Source: Epiperipatus broadwayi (lineage: Eukaryota; Animalia; Onychophora). From it: a stretch of DNA of 64,000 bases. Below, piece after piece: positions 25,801 to 39,540 of this stretch. Every line of letters starts with the position of its first letter. The stretch's first letter is position 1. Position numbers and translations under genes: made by a program. The notes under the pieces are model-generated. The model did no database searches. It had not been told where the DNA came from and saw nothing but the letters and a program-made list of their open reading frames with translations. The stretch covers positions 12,400,001-12,464,000 of the forward strand of contig JAQFVV010000003.1 in assembly GCA_028023455.1 (NCBI GenBank), written 5' to 3'.

Positions 25801-27379
25801 TAAATTCCCCGTGAGCAAGTCCACTAATAACTTTATATTTAAAATAGTAATAAGTGTATAATTGTGCTGCACGTATATACATGTATGAGAATTTATCTAT
25901 CGCAAAAAGGAAACAGATACAGCACCTCATGTTGCTTGCTATATGGTATCTGAGCTAACGCAACCTTATTGACATGTAAAATACAAAATTAATGAAATAT
26001 TTTATAGCGCAGATATATGCATGCATAGTTGGGTTTTTTTAATTATATTTGCTATCAATAAAACAGGTTTTAAAGTCCTGAGTAGAACAGCATGTCTGTA
26101 TAACCGAAAATCTTTTATATGAGAAATATATATCAAATCACACAAGACATAACATTTTTACAGGGTAAAAAAAGCTCAGACCACTTCCATTCTTTATGAA
26201 ACATTGTAAATAGCTTTAGGGATTTATATATTTTCTTATTCATTTAAATTGTATTTATATTTTATCTATTTCAAAGCATCCAATATATATACGGGTTTGT
26301 GATAATAATTCATTTATTTATTTTTATTATATCATTTTAAGTATGAAACGGTGGTGGATATTTGGGATTAAATAAATATTTAATCATAATATTAAATTGG
26401 TTCTGCTTTCGTATTACTATTTATTTGATAAAACATACTCTTTCCTTATCAATCACATATCTATAATAACCATTTAACTTACCCATTGAAGTCCCTAGAT
26501 GTAGAGTGGCTGAGCTAGCCACACGGGATATGGCTCTACCGGGGTGTTAAATCTTATTCTCATGTTCCGCTGAACATATGGTATTGCATATCCTTCTAGG
26601 AGGGGGGAAATTCATTTTATTCTTTTCTAGAAGTGGTGCGCAAAAGCTATTTGTAAACAGACTTTTCAAAGATATGTATTTACCATCGGTTCTAAACATT
26701 CGGGCATTCAAGAAGGATATTAGCTAAAGGGGTATTTAATTGGCGGAGTCCTGTCAATTCACTCTTTCTATCAGTTTAGCTGGAAGTAGCAATATATATG
26801 AGTACAGACAATCGGCTAAATTTGTATCCATTTCTTTCCCTGTTAAATCTTGATCACTTCATGCTCAGTGCAAGATTAGGACAGAATTCCGCAGGGAAGT
26901 ATGGTCCGGTACACTATCTTTTCACTTATTAAAATAGGAAACATTTTATCTTTTACTAAAAGTTAAGACATCATAATGGTTATTAGCCAAAGCACAAATT
27001 GCAAAGATGAGATGTGAGAATTTTTGTAAACTGGGAAGGTAATGTTTGAGTACACAAATGAAATAATCTGTGTAGAAACTTAATGACATCACTAACATCA
27101 TTTATTAAAAAAAATTGGTTACTTAGCCAATCTTAAAAAAAATGAATAGTATTAAGAGAATATTCTATAATCAATCTATTAGAAAGAAAGTGAATTTGTT
27201 GGAAGTAAATGCCACATACTTGGCATGAATAATGTATAAACATTTTCATGAATTAAATAAAATAGATGATTGCAGTGCTTAGAACAGATATTAATGAATT
27301 ACTGATATAAGTAATATATTATTTAATTTGATAGATGTTTGCACATAGCAATTTAACGTGGAGTAATTTTGAATGCAAT

Positions 27380-27680
27380 TTAAGGTTTTATTATAACAAG
27401 AGATTATAAAACAAAATTCTGTACAAGAAGGAATATTAATAAATCAAAGATTAATATTTTAAAGACATCAATAACAGTGATCAGAAGGAAAAAACAATGG
27501 AGTTTACTGGGATAGACATCAAAAACAATGAAGAGAAAAGAATATATATCAATTCTTTATTCAGAGTAATGGTTGACAAAACAATATGCATAAGGAAGGA
27601 AAATCTTGACAAATGGAGTAAGAATGAATGGAATTCTCTGTTTAAGAGCTGCACAGATTGATAAAAAGATCATTAAGAAA
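27380..27680 (+). pseudogene. Decayed 3' fragment of an RTE-type LINE
   Basis: Broken frame RRKKQWSLLG..GRK..LDKW..ELF-like, resembling the RTE C-terminal (K/R)L.(W/F)LGH..GRR..W segment. Confidence 0.35.
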
Positions 27681-28011
27681 TGCAATAAAATCATCAAATA
27701 TAATCAGAGATCCACTTAAATATAAAAAAGAAGAACAGAGTACAATATATTATTTATAGACATTTGATGCAAGAACAACAGGACAAATAAAAAATTGCAA
27801 ATGGATTTGTAATAGTTTCTAACTTAAATAAAATAAGTAACATTTAATGTTGATCCATTATTAAAATTAGTAGAGAAGTAGGAGATGATTTAAATAATAG
27901 TTTCTTTAATGTTGTGAACATAAATTTTTTAAAACTATTTTGTTTCACTTGGAACACTAAATATCAATTACTTCTGTATTCGTTTTTCTCTAGTCTTAGA
28001 AGAGTAATTTT

Positions 28012-29805
28012 TTTTTTTCTCAAAGCAACTTTATTAAGTCACTAAAGTATGATCCACCTGTGCAGGGACCACATTCTGTCACCTGCAGCAGTGGGCCATA
28101 GAGGCTACAATGTTACATTGATATTCTGAAACTGAGTGGTGGCTCAAAGCAATAGAACTGCCTTATATAATAGATTAGGTATTACAGGTATATAAAAAAT
28201 GCATTGTAAGTACAAACATCAAGAAAAAACCCAAAAAGAGGAAAAAAGGATATGAATTATCACAGATCAAATGTTAGTCAATCAAAGGGATACTACGCCC
28301 ACTTGAGGAGAGTTCATGTGGGACAATCAGCTCTCAGCCCACCTGGAAAGTCTCCAAGCAGCTCCCCCAGACCCATCCATGATCCCATCAGACAGAACTA
28401 GTTTAGCGAAAACCCAGACTCACTCCTTGGACAAGGTTAAGCCACTTCGGCCCCTGCCATAAATGGGTCATAATTAATCTGGGTGTGACGTAGGTTCAGC
28501 ATGTCCGGAACACCAACCAAATCAGAGGAGGCCACGAGAGCATTGCCAGATCTCTCTAGATCTAGGTGTGGTGATGATTACCGATTGATCCTGCTGAAAC
28601 AAATCCTCCATGGCCATCATCTCTACCCTTGAGACCGAGAATTCAAGAAAAACCAATGATTAGATTCATGGTCCCACTAGGTCCTCAGGAATGATTCTGC
28701 TTTACTGATCCTATTGAGTTCTTCTAATCCAAGTTGAGTTCTAATTTTGATGCTTAATTAGGGTTCCAATTATAAACTCTAATAGTTTGTATTTAGTGGT
28801 TACTTATATTAGCTTTTGCTTGATTAATGGTGTCCATTTGCATAAAATAAAACGATTGGAAAACTGAGTTATTTTGGCTTAAAACTGATTTAAAGTTTCT
28901 TGAAAAGGTGTAAAAGGTTAAAACAAGTCGTCACTTATGTTTTATCATATATCTTCTTACCAACTCCCGTCTTGAATATGTGAATCCTCCCATCCTGGTG
29001 GAGCCAGTAGGCAGTGAAATGCGTAGGCAGTGAAATGCTCCCACTCACAACAGGAAGTGGACTCCTCTGTTATAAAGTTTTGATTATATATTTGTGTTAT
29101 GAAAATTAGGATTTTTGTTATTATTTCCTCTTTTGAATTATTAGACTACATTTTAAATACTTTTTCTTGATTTTAATCTAGTTTTAATGATTTTAGTGGT
29201 TACTTATATTAGCTTTTGCTTGATATTAATGATGGCCATTTGCATAGAATAAAACGATTGGTGAATTGAATTATTTTGGCTTAAAACTGATTTAAAGTTT
29301 CTTGGAAAGGTGTAAAAGGTTAAAACAAGTGGTCATTTATGTCTTATCAGTTAACTTCTCACCAACTCCCGTCTTGAATATGTGAATCCTCCCATCCTTG
29401 TGGAGCCAGTAAGCAGTGAAATGCTCCCGCTCACAACAGGAAGTGAACTCCTCTGTTATAAAGTTTTGATTATATATTTGCGTTAAGAAAATTAGGATTT
29501 TTATTATTTCCTATTTTGAATTATTATATTACATTTTAAATATGTTTTCTCAGTTTTAATGTAGTTTTAATGATTTTAGTGGTTACTTATACTAGCTTTT
29601 GCTTGATTAATGGTGGCCATTTGCATAGAATAAATTGAGTTATTTTGGCTTGAAACTGATTTAAAGTTTCTTGAAAAGGCATAAAAGATTAAAACAAGTG
29701 GTTACTTATGTTTTATCATGCACTTTCTTACCAACTCCCGTCTTGAATGTGTGAACCTCCCATCCTTGTGGAGCCAATAAGCAGTGAACTACTCCCGCTT
29801 GCAAC
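28012..29805 (-). mobile_element. L1/Tx1-type non-LTR insertion: tandem 5' monomers + ORF2 3' remnant + AATAAA + polyA, with 12-bp TSD
   Basis: TSD aagagtaatttt at 28000-28011 and 29806-29817. The minus-strand target reads TT/AAAA. AATAAA lies 11 nt before the A-tail. A decayed ORF (LGLEELNRISKAESFLRT*W..WPWRICF..) lies at ~28250-28750. Confidence 0.8.
28792..29805 (-). repeat. Tandem array of ~370-390-bp monomers (2.6 copies)
   Basis: Units 29446-29805, 29060-29445 and partial 28792-29059. Each has a GC-richer head (minus strand cacttcctgttgtgagcgggagc...) and an AT-rich tail. The array ends exactly at the TSD. Confidence 0.92.
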
Positions 29806-31040
29806 AAGAGTAATTTTAATTTTCACATTATAAGCATTTGTTTACATTTGCAGAAGTTTATGATCTAAAAAAACCAAAGACACAGTAAAAGTTGATAATT
29901 TTCTCTATGATGAAAAATAAATTTTCAAAAAAATTGTCTATAAAAATTTAAATAAATAAATCCATTTAAACACATGGCAGAAAGCAAAAATAAATTAACA
30001 ATGGTAATAATTAGAATATTTACTCCTCTTCATAGTATCTTTTCCCTAAGACAAAATACTACTTTCAATTATATCACTTAATGGATAAAGGTGAGTCAAC
30101 AATAGGATAACAGTTTTATTAGTTTGTGTGATAAAAGTTTTAGTTTCTTCTCATTGTAATAAAATAGTTAACCATGATATTAATTTAGCAGACAAAACTG
30201 AAAATGTTTTCAGATAGTTCCAGATATCTATGCAAGCCTAAGATTTCTTTTAGTTTGTTGGCCAATCCAATTATACATCTAATTACAAATCATTACAATA
30301 GATATCTAAGTAATCTAACTGGAGAATAAATTTTCTAGAAATTCTAGATATGCCAAATATGTGATAATAAAGCAAAAATTTTATTATAATATGATGTAAG
30401 TTTCATCTTTGTTGAGGGAAGTATCATTGTCTTTACCTTAATTACAAGTGATTATGTCTAGCTAAGACATTAAAATGGATATTGGAGCAAAAATTACATT
30501 ATTATTTAGTGCACCCTACTTTTGGTTCATTCTAAAAATATATCAAAGAATTTGGCAATAATATGCATATTAATTGTTTACATCTAATTCACTAAAGTGA
30601 TACAATCATTGCCAAAATTAAAATCATAAAATTTATTTATTTCAATTAAGATAATAAATTCTTTATTTCCATATTAGATTCAATAAAATAAAAATTAATA
30701 AAAATATGGATTAAAAAAAAAGATGCTAAAACTGTATTCAATCACCCATTCTAATGCAAAAGTGTCTCCAACAACTTTTAGAGAAAAAAGATATTACTGA
30801 CAAATATTGGACGGTAGGCCATATTGGCTATAGACTGGTTATCTGAAATGGAGATCCTAAGTCCTCATCAGAATCCTAGATTGTGGTATTGCAGGAAAAT
30901 TCATTACAACTATAACAATAGATAACTTTGATAAATACATATACTGAGTTTTCATGGGAGACCAAAATTTATTAATCCTGAAATGTTATGCAATTGTTCA
31001 TATTAATCTGAAATTTATATTGCTAAAAAATAAAACTTAC

Positions 31041-31171
31041 GTTTTATTCATTTTTGCCATCATTTCTTCCATGCGACGTTTCATGTACTGCTTCATGAAT
31101 TCATCTTCTAATTCAACAAGTTCTTTTTCTAGTTCTTCTTCATTTTTGTTCTTTTTCTTTTCATCATCCAA
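31041..31171 (-). CDS. PDCL: Phosducin-like protein 1, internal exon (end of helical N-terminal domain)
   Basis: Acceptor tgtcattattAG, donor GTaagt, 131 nt. Encodes LDDEKKKNKNEEELEKELVELEDEFMKQYMKRRMEEMMAKMNK+ac, matching PhLP1 DDEEFLQQYRKQRMEEM. The phase-2 end joins 18899-19004 to give ..MNKTPKFGKV.. Confidence 0.92.
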
Positions 31172-32230
31172 CTAATAATGACAAATATATATATATATAA
31201 CAAATATACATATATTTATGTATGTGTGTGTATGTATATTCAGTAAGTTTCTGGAAAACAGAGTCAATAACTTCAAACAATATAATCATGCAATAATCAT
31301 TTGATCATCCTCAGTGAAAATTTGCCAATGTTTTCCATCAACCTTTAACAAAAATTATAATATTTCTTACATTTAAAATTTTAATAATTTCAACTCATTA
31401 AAAGCATATATAAAACCTTTAAATTTTATTTTATTGATATTAATATGTTTCAACTATTCTTTTAATGGATTTCTTCAATCAAATATATTTTATTACTTTC
31501 AAATGCAATAGATTATGATACACTGATATATGTTTTATTAATAATAATCAAACAGTTTGCTGTTTAAAAAAACCATGACATTCAGCATAAAACATGACAT
31601 GTGCCAGCTTTGATCTATGTTCTTTAGGTTTCAAAGTCTGCCATTCTACCACACAGGCCCATATTTTACAGGAAATGACTGCCTAAAGGCAATCAAAAAT
31701 GTCAATAAATAAAATTTATTAATAAGTAATAAATCACTATGAAAGAATATATATTTGAGTGGAAATGACTTGAAAAATAGTCAAAATGTTTTAATATCAA
31801 TAAATAAAGCATGAAATTATATGACTTAGCAAAATATATTAAATAAACATTGTATGTGTATAATTATTTATGATAATCAAATTAATAAGATTATACATAT
31901 ACAGGTGATTATGATGGCTGCATGACTTTGGACACTTCTATTTTTGAAGTACTTTTAGATCAGCCAATATGATGTCTCAAAAAATATACATAAAGACTAC
32001 AATTCCCATAACATAAACATCAATGAAAAAGGCGTATTGTTAAAAAAAATCAGGTATAAATGTATTTAACCGTAAACCAAAAAACTTCAATTCTGCAAGT
32101 GGCCACAGCTTTTAGTATCAAAACAAAACAAAAAAAAAAACCATGAGGTCAAAGTTTAATTTATATATATATAGAAATTAATAAAACAAGTCATAAATTT
32201 CATAACTTGCTTTTAAGCTTGCATTTAATG

Positions 32231-32511
32231 ATCACTAGATGGAGCTTATCAATAGCTCTAATCAAGCTTTATTTTATAAGTGCCGAAAGGGAAACAATTC
32301 AAAAGCTCTATCGGAAAGTCTCTATCTCCAGACCAATTGTTTTTGAGCTTGTGGCTCATCTCAGTATCCCAGGATTCCACTGAGGTGAGCCATAAACTCG
32401 AAAACAATTGGTGTGGAGATAAGTACTTTCCGATAGACTTTGAATTCTTTCTCTTTTGGCACTTATAAAATAAAGCTTGATTAGAGCTATTGGTAAGCTC
32501 CATCTAGTGAT
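32231..32511. mobile_element. 281-bp near-perfect fold-back with degenerate hammerhead-like motif in both arms
   Basis: Arms of ~134 bp around the loop atcccaggattcca. Arm consensus: TTCCA CTGA-GA T GAG ccacaag CTC GAAA a CAATTG GTC TGGAG. Each arm is individually broken (left G12A, right GUG at the cleavage triplet; both lack one core nt). Confidence 0.8.
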
Positions 32512-35299
32512 ATATATGCATGTAACACATTTTATAAAGAAGTTAAATTTATCCTTAAACTACGTAAAATTCACATCTGCATATGATAGCCGTAAACAAA
32601 CAAATACAAAATGATTGCATGCTAAAAGTTCACTTTTAGCGCAAATAAAAACCCTAAAATTATGTAAGCAAGTTTTCTACACTGTTACATCAGCTAAAAT
32701 AAAAGAAAAAAACACATGGTCAAAGTTTAATAACAATAATACATTTTAAAATAAGGTTAAATGTATCCTTAAACTGGGTAAATTTACAAGTGTTTATAAT
32801 ATTCAGAAACAAAAAATTTACAGTTTATGCTAAAACTTATCCTTAAAATATTAACAGAAAAAAAAAGTTAATATAACAGTCACTTTTATATTAGACTGCA
32901 ATTTCTGAAACAGCATATAAAGAAGACTAAGTTTTTATGGATTTTTTGCTTTTTATAAATGTAAAATTTTTTCATAAGCAAATAAAGTAAGTAGACAATG
33001 ATTTCAATTTTTTTCTCTTATCAAATTAATTTTTAAAGCAATATTTATTATAGCAAAAAATTAAATAACAAGGTGCATTATACTAATACTTTTTAAACAT
33101 TCATAGTAGTCACTTATTTGTAATGCCATCTCTTTTGTAAGAAATTTAAAAATGTTTTATGATCTACTAAATATAAATAGTATAATTAATCTTTTTTCAT
33201 TAAATTAATTTTTTAACACAATATTCCTTATAATAATAAATTAAACAAATACTTTTAAACATTTTCACTGATCACTATTAAAAAATTCCATCAATTTTTT
33301 TCATTTATCAATGCAAAACTTCTTCATTATCAAGCAAACATAAATAATGAATTTTAATTTAATTATTATATTACATTAATTTTTAACAAATATTCAATAA
33401 TAAGTTACATTTAAATTATACTAATACATTTAATTTGAACCTTGAACATTTTCTATTTTATCATATTTATGAATCACTATTTAAGTGAATTTTTTCATTC
33501 TGTAAGAAATTTAAATCCAGATTTTTTGAAATAATGGGTCAATAAAATTTGGTTAAATTAATACAGACACATATATGTTACAAATATTGTACTCAAATGT
33601 GAAAGTTTATATGCAATATAATCATTTTTAATTTTTTTTAAAATTCCAAATATTTTTCTTTTCCTTTTTCTTTCCAAATTTAATCCAGCCTCAAGAGATA
33701 TTAATATACAAAAAAAAAAAAAGCACCTCTTCAAATTCTTTCCTAAACTAGTTATTTATTTAACTAAATTCTGTAAATAAATTCATTTAATATAAATATA
33801 TATAGTACTTATTATTTTTATATATATCAACATCTTAATTTATTTAATATAATCTTTTTCAAGGTTAGTATTATAAAAATATTTCTATAAAATACAAACA
33901 CAATAATACATTAAAAACATGAAAAGCACAAATATTTTTACAAAATATATTTTTAATTTTTAAATGAGAAAAAAACCCTTTCACATTTGACTATCAAACT
34001 TATTCTTTGATTCATAAATTCATAAAAGAGATTTTATTTTTATAAATCTATTTATACAGTTTAACTTTATTTTACCTTTAAATCTTTTCTCAATGTTGTA
34101 AACAATTTCAATGGAATTGATTGTACAGTAATTATTTTCTTATTCTGACAAGATTCATATTTTAAACTAAAAACTTAATTAATTTTTATGCAACATGAAA
34201 AACATTTCCTAATTAAACATTATTTCTATTAAGAATAGGTTTTAGTTTAATTATTTAATTATTCTTTCAGTATTTTTTTAACATTTTCAATTCTTCCAAT
34301 CTTATAATTAGGTTTCTTATTTTTAGAACAGAAATATATTAAATTGATCTTCTATCATATATAAGTTGCTTAAGATTTGTTTTTATTTTTGGCAGTGACA
34401 ATATAATTTTTCATACACTTACAATCAAGACATATTTTCACACATTGTACATTATTTAATCTTTCATTTTTTTATTTCATTATTATAAGTGAATAAATTG
34501 CTATTATTTTTCTTTTTGTAAACTGATTTTAATATTAATTTTATACTTTTTATTTATGTATTTTATTATTTTTATATATTTTATTATAATTATTTTTATT
34601 AACCATAAAACTTATATAAATTGTTTTTGTTAATTTTTATTATCATTATTAATTATATCCTTTATTTCATTTAATTTTATTAATATTTGTAAGTTTATCT
34701 GTTATATCGGTAGAATAATCAATCATGTCTCTATAGTTCTAACTCACCAGAAGAATGAATGTAGTTTGCAAAATACATGCATGGTGAGAGAAAATGGTCT
34801 GAGTTTCTGTGCTGGGGAATGGTTACAACATAGTGGAGTTGAGATGAGAGATACACTGATAAAAAAAAACTGCCTCTTTTTTATTATTTCAAAGTCATTT
34901 TTTAATATATCAATTGAACATATTTTACTTGATTTAATTATATGATTTGTAATTATATTTTCTTCAATTATTTTATCTATGTCTGAATTCTCATAAAACA
35001 TGTTTACTTTGATGTTTTTTTCAATTGTTATTTTAATAATCATAACATTCATGAAGTTAATATTATCATTTATTTCCTTTTCCTTTTTTAATATATATAT
35101 ATTTTTAAACATGGTAATAAAATAATGTGGTTTTTTAAAAACCCTTTAAAAATCATAAAATAATTATGTTCATTTTTTTAAATATATAAATGGGCCACTA
35201 TTTTTAAAGTATTTGTATTTTATCATTTTAAAAATTAAATTTAATAAGATAAATAACTTCTAAAAAAAAGAATTCCAAAAATCACTGTCAGGAAAAAAA

Positions 35300-35560
35300 A
35301 TTGCTATTATAAGGTCAAAAAACTTTAGGGAATTACAGATCAATAACAATATCATCAATTATGTTCAAACTTTTCTCATATATTATTGCAAGTTAACTTA
35401 AGGTATGGATCAATAAATACCAAATAGTAAAAAAAAAATATAGGGAAAATTTTAAGATGATAACAGAATCATATTTTGGCTTAGACTCAAATTATAAAAA
35501 TTGTATTATAGATTGGATAGAAATGTACATTTACTTTTTCTAGTTATTATATACATATAT
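35300..35560 (+). pseudogene. Decayed non-LTR RT fragment (domains 1-2)
   Basis: GNYRSITISSIMFKLFSYIIAS*LKVWI matches the NYRPI(S/T)LL..YKLF.KII..RL motif. Confidence 0.5.
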
Positions 35561-36885
35561 AAAAAAAAAAGTATACAATAGGGTGATCAGAAAATGTCCA
35601 TAGTTTGATTTTTAAAAAAATGGAACCAAAAAAAGATTTATACAATTATTGAGAAAACTATATAAAAAAAAAAATTATTATATTTATATCAAATGAGGAT
35701 TATAAAGTTCATTTATATTGTTTATAAAATTTTAAAGGAATTAGAAAATTAATTATTAAGACTGAATATAGGATATGAAATAACTAAGCTTAGATTTTTT
35801 TAAAAATATATATATTTTACTTAAAATATATTTGGCTAGGAAATTGACATTATTTACTTTTAATAGATATAATATAAATATAATCTTAAGGAGAAGAGTG
35901 TCTGTTCATGATTATACTACACATGGGTTATTGACAGCTTTCAGTATGATTCAGAAACATTTTGGAAAATATGTACACCTATGCATATATGCATAGTAGA
36001 TGAAACTATACAAGGTGAAATAAGATAATCATTCAATATAAGAAATGTTAAGAGCAAATTGGAAGATTACATTTTATAGATGGAAGAGATGGCAAAATTA
36101 TTTATTAAAGCAAATATTAAAATATACAGAAAAATTAAATGATCATTCCAATAAATATTAAACACAAATTATATTTGGAACTGGTGTAAAACAATAAATA
36201 CAAGAAGGAAATGTTATAAAAATAATATATATAGACTCTTACATGATATCAAAAGACAATCATTGAAATAGAAAATATTTAGGATAACAGTAGATGAAAT
36301 GATTCATTATTCAGGATGAAAACAGAAAGTATAGAGGCAAAAAAAGAGTACTTAAAAGTGAAGAAAAGATTTAAATTTCTCATATAATTTGAAAGGGAAC
36401 AAAACAGAAAATGTTGAAAATTTACTATAGAGGATCCTCAATATTCATGGGTGCATTTAAATGAACATAGTGTGATAAAAATCCTTGCTGCTTCATGAAA
36501 TGGAAGCTTAAAAAATATTCCAAGTTCACAAAAAAAATATATGCACAAATGCTTTAGAAAACTATATATAAAGTTATCTCATTAGAGTTTTATGATTAAA
36601 AAAAAAAAAAAAAGATCAGTAATAGTTTAAAAGCAAAAGGTTTATTCTTTAAAAAAAAAGTCACTTTTAATTTATAAACATAATAATTCTGAAAAGCATT
36701 GACAAAATATCAATTAATAAATATTTGAAAATAAATTTTAAAAGATACACTTTGTTTTGTAAGATATTTAAGAGAAGGTTTTAAACATATGAAGTTGATA
36801 TAAAGAGGGATAGCAAAACTATAATAATTCTCTTTTTGTTTTTAAAGTTAATCTAAGGACAAAAGCAACATTAACTTTACATTTT

Positions 36886-37271
36886 CATATATATAACTTA
36901 TAATATTTCTTTCATATACACTTCGATGCAAACAAATTTTCTTAAACAAACTTATTTATTTTCCTTACAGTTTTGACTGTCCAGCAGTTTTCATCAGAGC
37001 ACAGTTATTCTTTTTTAAAACACGCTAAGAGCAGTAATAAGGGTAAATAAAATTATTGCATTCCCCAACCCATCTAAGTTTCTTGAAAAAAATAAAGGAT
37101 AACTGTGCTCCGATGAAGACTGCTGGACAGTCGAAAACTGTACGGAAAATAAATAAGTTTTTTAAAAAAATTTGTTTGCATTGAAGTGTATATGAAAGAA
37201 GTATTATAAGCAGTATATATATATATGAATATATGAAGATATGCAAAGAAAGTAAAAGAGAAGAATAAGAG
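36886..37271. mobile_element. Fold-back element with outward-facing hammerhead motifs and 13-bp TSD
   Basis: Arms ~36886-37012 and ~37096-37230. Consensus CTGATGA a GACTG ctgga CAGTC GAAA(a)ctgta..aaataaa. Direct repeat aactttacatttt at 36873-36885 and 37272-37284. Stem I is weak. Confidence 0.8.
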
Positions 37272-39540
37272 AACTTTACATTTTTTAAGTCATAACTGTT
37301 TTTATTATTTGTTTTACACATAATTGAAGTTTTGTGCGCATTTAATCCAAATGTTTGTTTTTAAATAATGTATATATAATGTAATACAAGATTAATATCC
37401 ATGCATTAATTAAATGTATTTTTTTAATATCTATATTTAAAAATAAATACTGCAGTTTTATTGTACCATGGAACCAATAAAACATTGTTAACATTATTCC
37501 TATGCATATTTAATTCCCACTATCCCATTATTCACTAATTACATTTAATGTTATTTTTCTGGAACTAAATAAATGTTAATAATAAGCACTCATTGCATTA
37601 AAATATAGCAGTCTGTTTAAAATTATGGCATATATAGAAAGGAAAAATTATGGTGAGAAAAAAAAAGAGTTGATGGAATATTTTTTAAAAATATGTGAAA
37701 AATAACAGGGAAACTAGAAATAAAATAATAATAAAAAAAAAAATCTTCAAAAATTTGATAGAAAAAATAAAATTAATGGTTTATAAATACAGTATATATA
37801 AATAGTAGATAATAGTGGTCAATGATGATTTTAAGACAAGGAGGAACTACAACACATTGTATTATCCCATGTTTCAACTGTAATTTTTATCTCAGTGCAA
37901 AAGATATCTAGTCCACCAAGATTTGTGAGACTTCATTTATCTTCCAACTAAGAAAATCTAGATTAATTGGCAATAAATTAGCTATCTGGAAAAAAAACAA
38001 AATCATTAAGATTCATTTGCATGAGACAATTTTTGTAGATAATAGGATATGAAAAAAATATGAAACATTTCAAACTATTCTTATTGAAGCATTTTTTAAA
38101 ATTTTATTATCAAAACAGTGAAAATGCTACCATAAAGAGAAGTTCTAGTAAATGAGGAAATAAAAAAATCTGCTGAGAAGAGTGACCATTTATGTATGGT
38201 AAAGTCAAAAGGAAGAAAAGATATCAGGAAAAGATCTCAAATAAAAAAATTGAAGTCATCACCATGTAGATATATAGTATATGTGCAAAAGGATATGCTC
38301 TTTATTAACATATGTAAATATCTATTGCAGTTTTATATTCATAAGAATAATCAAATATATATATTTGGTAAAATAAAAATAAGATCCATGGTATTATGAT
38401 TTAGTTTAATTTATAGATCTGCTTTTAGAAAACAAATAATGATGATGATGATCAGCAACCATCAAATATTTGGGTTTTTTGGAATTTTTTAATCTTTTAT
38501 AATGTTCTTATCAAAATTACTCATTCTAAATAAAATCTTCTTCACATGAAGAGTAATAAACTTAATCAATATGGCATTAATGACTTTCTCTTGACATTAT
38601 GTTATCTATCAGTTCCACATTTAGTTTATCAAAATGAAAAATATTAACTTAACCCTAAAAATTTCTAGATTGATTTTCACTTGGGAAACTAAAAAAAAAA
38701 AATCAGTTTAGTAATTTGATGAGATAAATAATAATTATGGGTAGAAATATTTTTTTTCTTTTCAACATATTCATAAAGTATATAATACATTCATGTGAAA
38801 TTTAATATTAAAAAAAAGATTAGATTTTAAAAATTCTTAAAACTAAATCTACATAATGATTTTCAGTGATTTTACAAGTACTCATCATTAATTTCCAGAT
38901 GCTGTATTTTTTAAACATTATTTCAGCTATGAATCTGATCCATTATTAATAGTATGAAACATATTGTTAGAATATTATACTTTTGTGTTTTTAACAAAAT
39001 ATTTATATAAAAATATACTCTTTTAATAAAGATTATTTTCTGTAGGCGTTTACTTATTACAATAATATGATCTTCCTTTTTGTACTTTTGAAACAATTTT
39101 ACTTTCTTCATCTAGATGATTTGGTTGAATCTACTACAAAATATATATACATCTGATGAAGGTTGCTGATACTGCCAAAACAGAAAAAAAAAATTGCTTA
39201 AAAAGTTCATAAAATAAAAGTTGTGTCTGTATTATATATAAATAATTACATTTTGAATTATAACCCACATCTATAACACCATCCACTTAAGATAAATATA
39301 GTAATGACTATTATTAATCATTTATTAAACTAGAGATTGTCTCTAGCACAGATATAAACTTTAAAACTCAATTAAAGATTAGTACATCTGATTTTTTAAA
39401 ATTAAACACACAAACATATGGAGTTATTCACATTTCTTTTTCCTACATATAATATCTTTATAAATATATTAAATAACCTCAATATTACCACATACACTTT
39501 TAAATTCATATAAATAAAGATACAATAAAAGACAAATGAT

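Noticed and set aside
28792-29805. CRISPR array, retrozyme array or BEL-type TGTT..AACA LTRs
   Set aside because: Units are ~380 bp with no unique spacers and no ribozyme core, and the array is enclosed by one polyA/TSD-defined insertion.
32258-32503. Overlapping antisense ORFs in the ORF track (81 and 62 aa)
   Set aside because: Mirror-image by-products of the inverted repeat; no protein signal.
32233-32509. CACTA/EnSpm MITE (CACTAG...CTAGTG with 2-bp AT TSD)
   Set aside because: The AT flanks are self-complementary and equally explained as part of the inverted repeat. The arms share a terminal module with the hammerhead fold-backs and contain a hammerhead-like order of motifs. Not excluded, but less parsimonious.
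34744-39111. Numerous 60-120-aa AT-rich ORFs in the ORF track (F/I/K/L/N-rich)
   Set aside because: Composition-driven chance ORFs with no motifs or splice context.
39153-39180. Hammerhead-like CTGATGA aggttg..ctgcc aaaa
   Set aside because: Stem II is mismatched, G12 is missing, and there is no stem I or III; could be chance or a very old relic.
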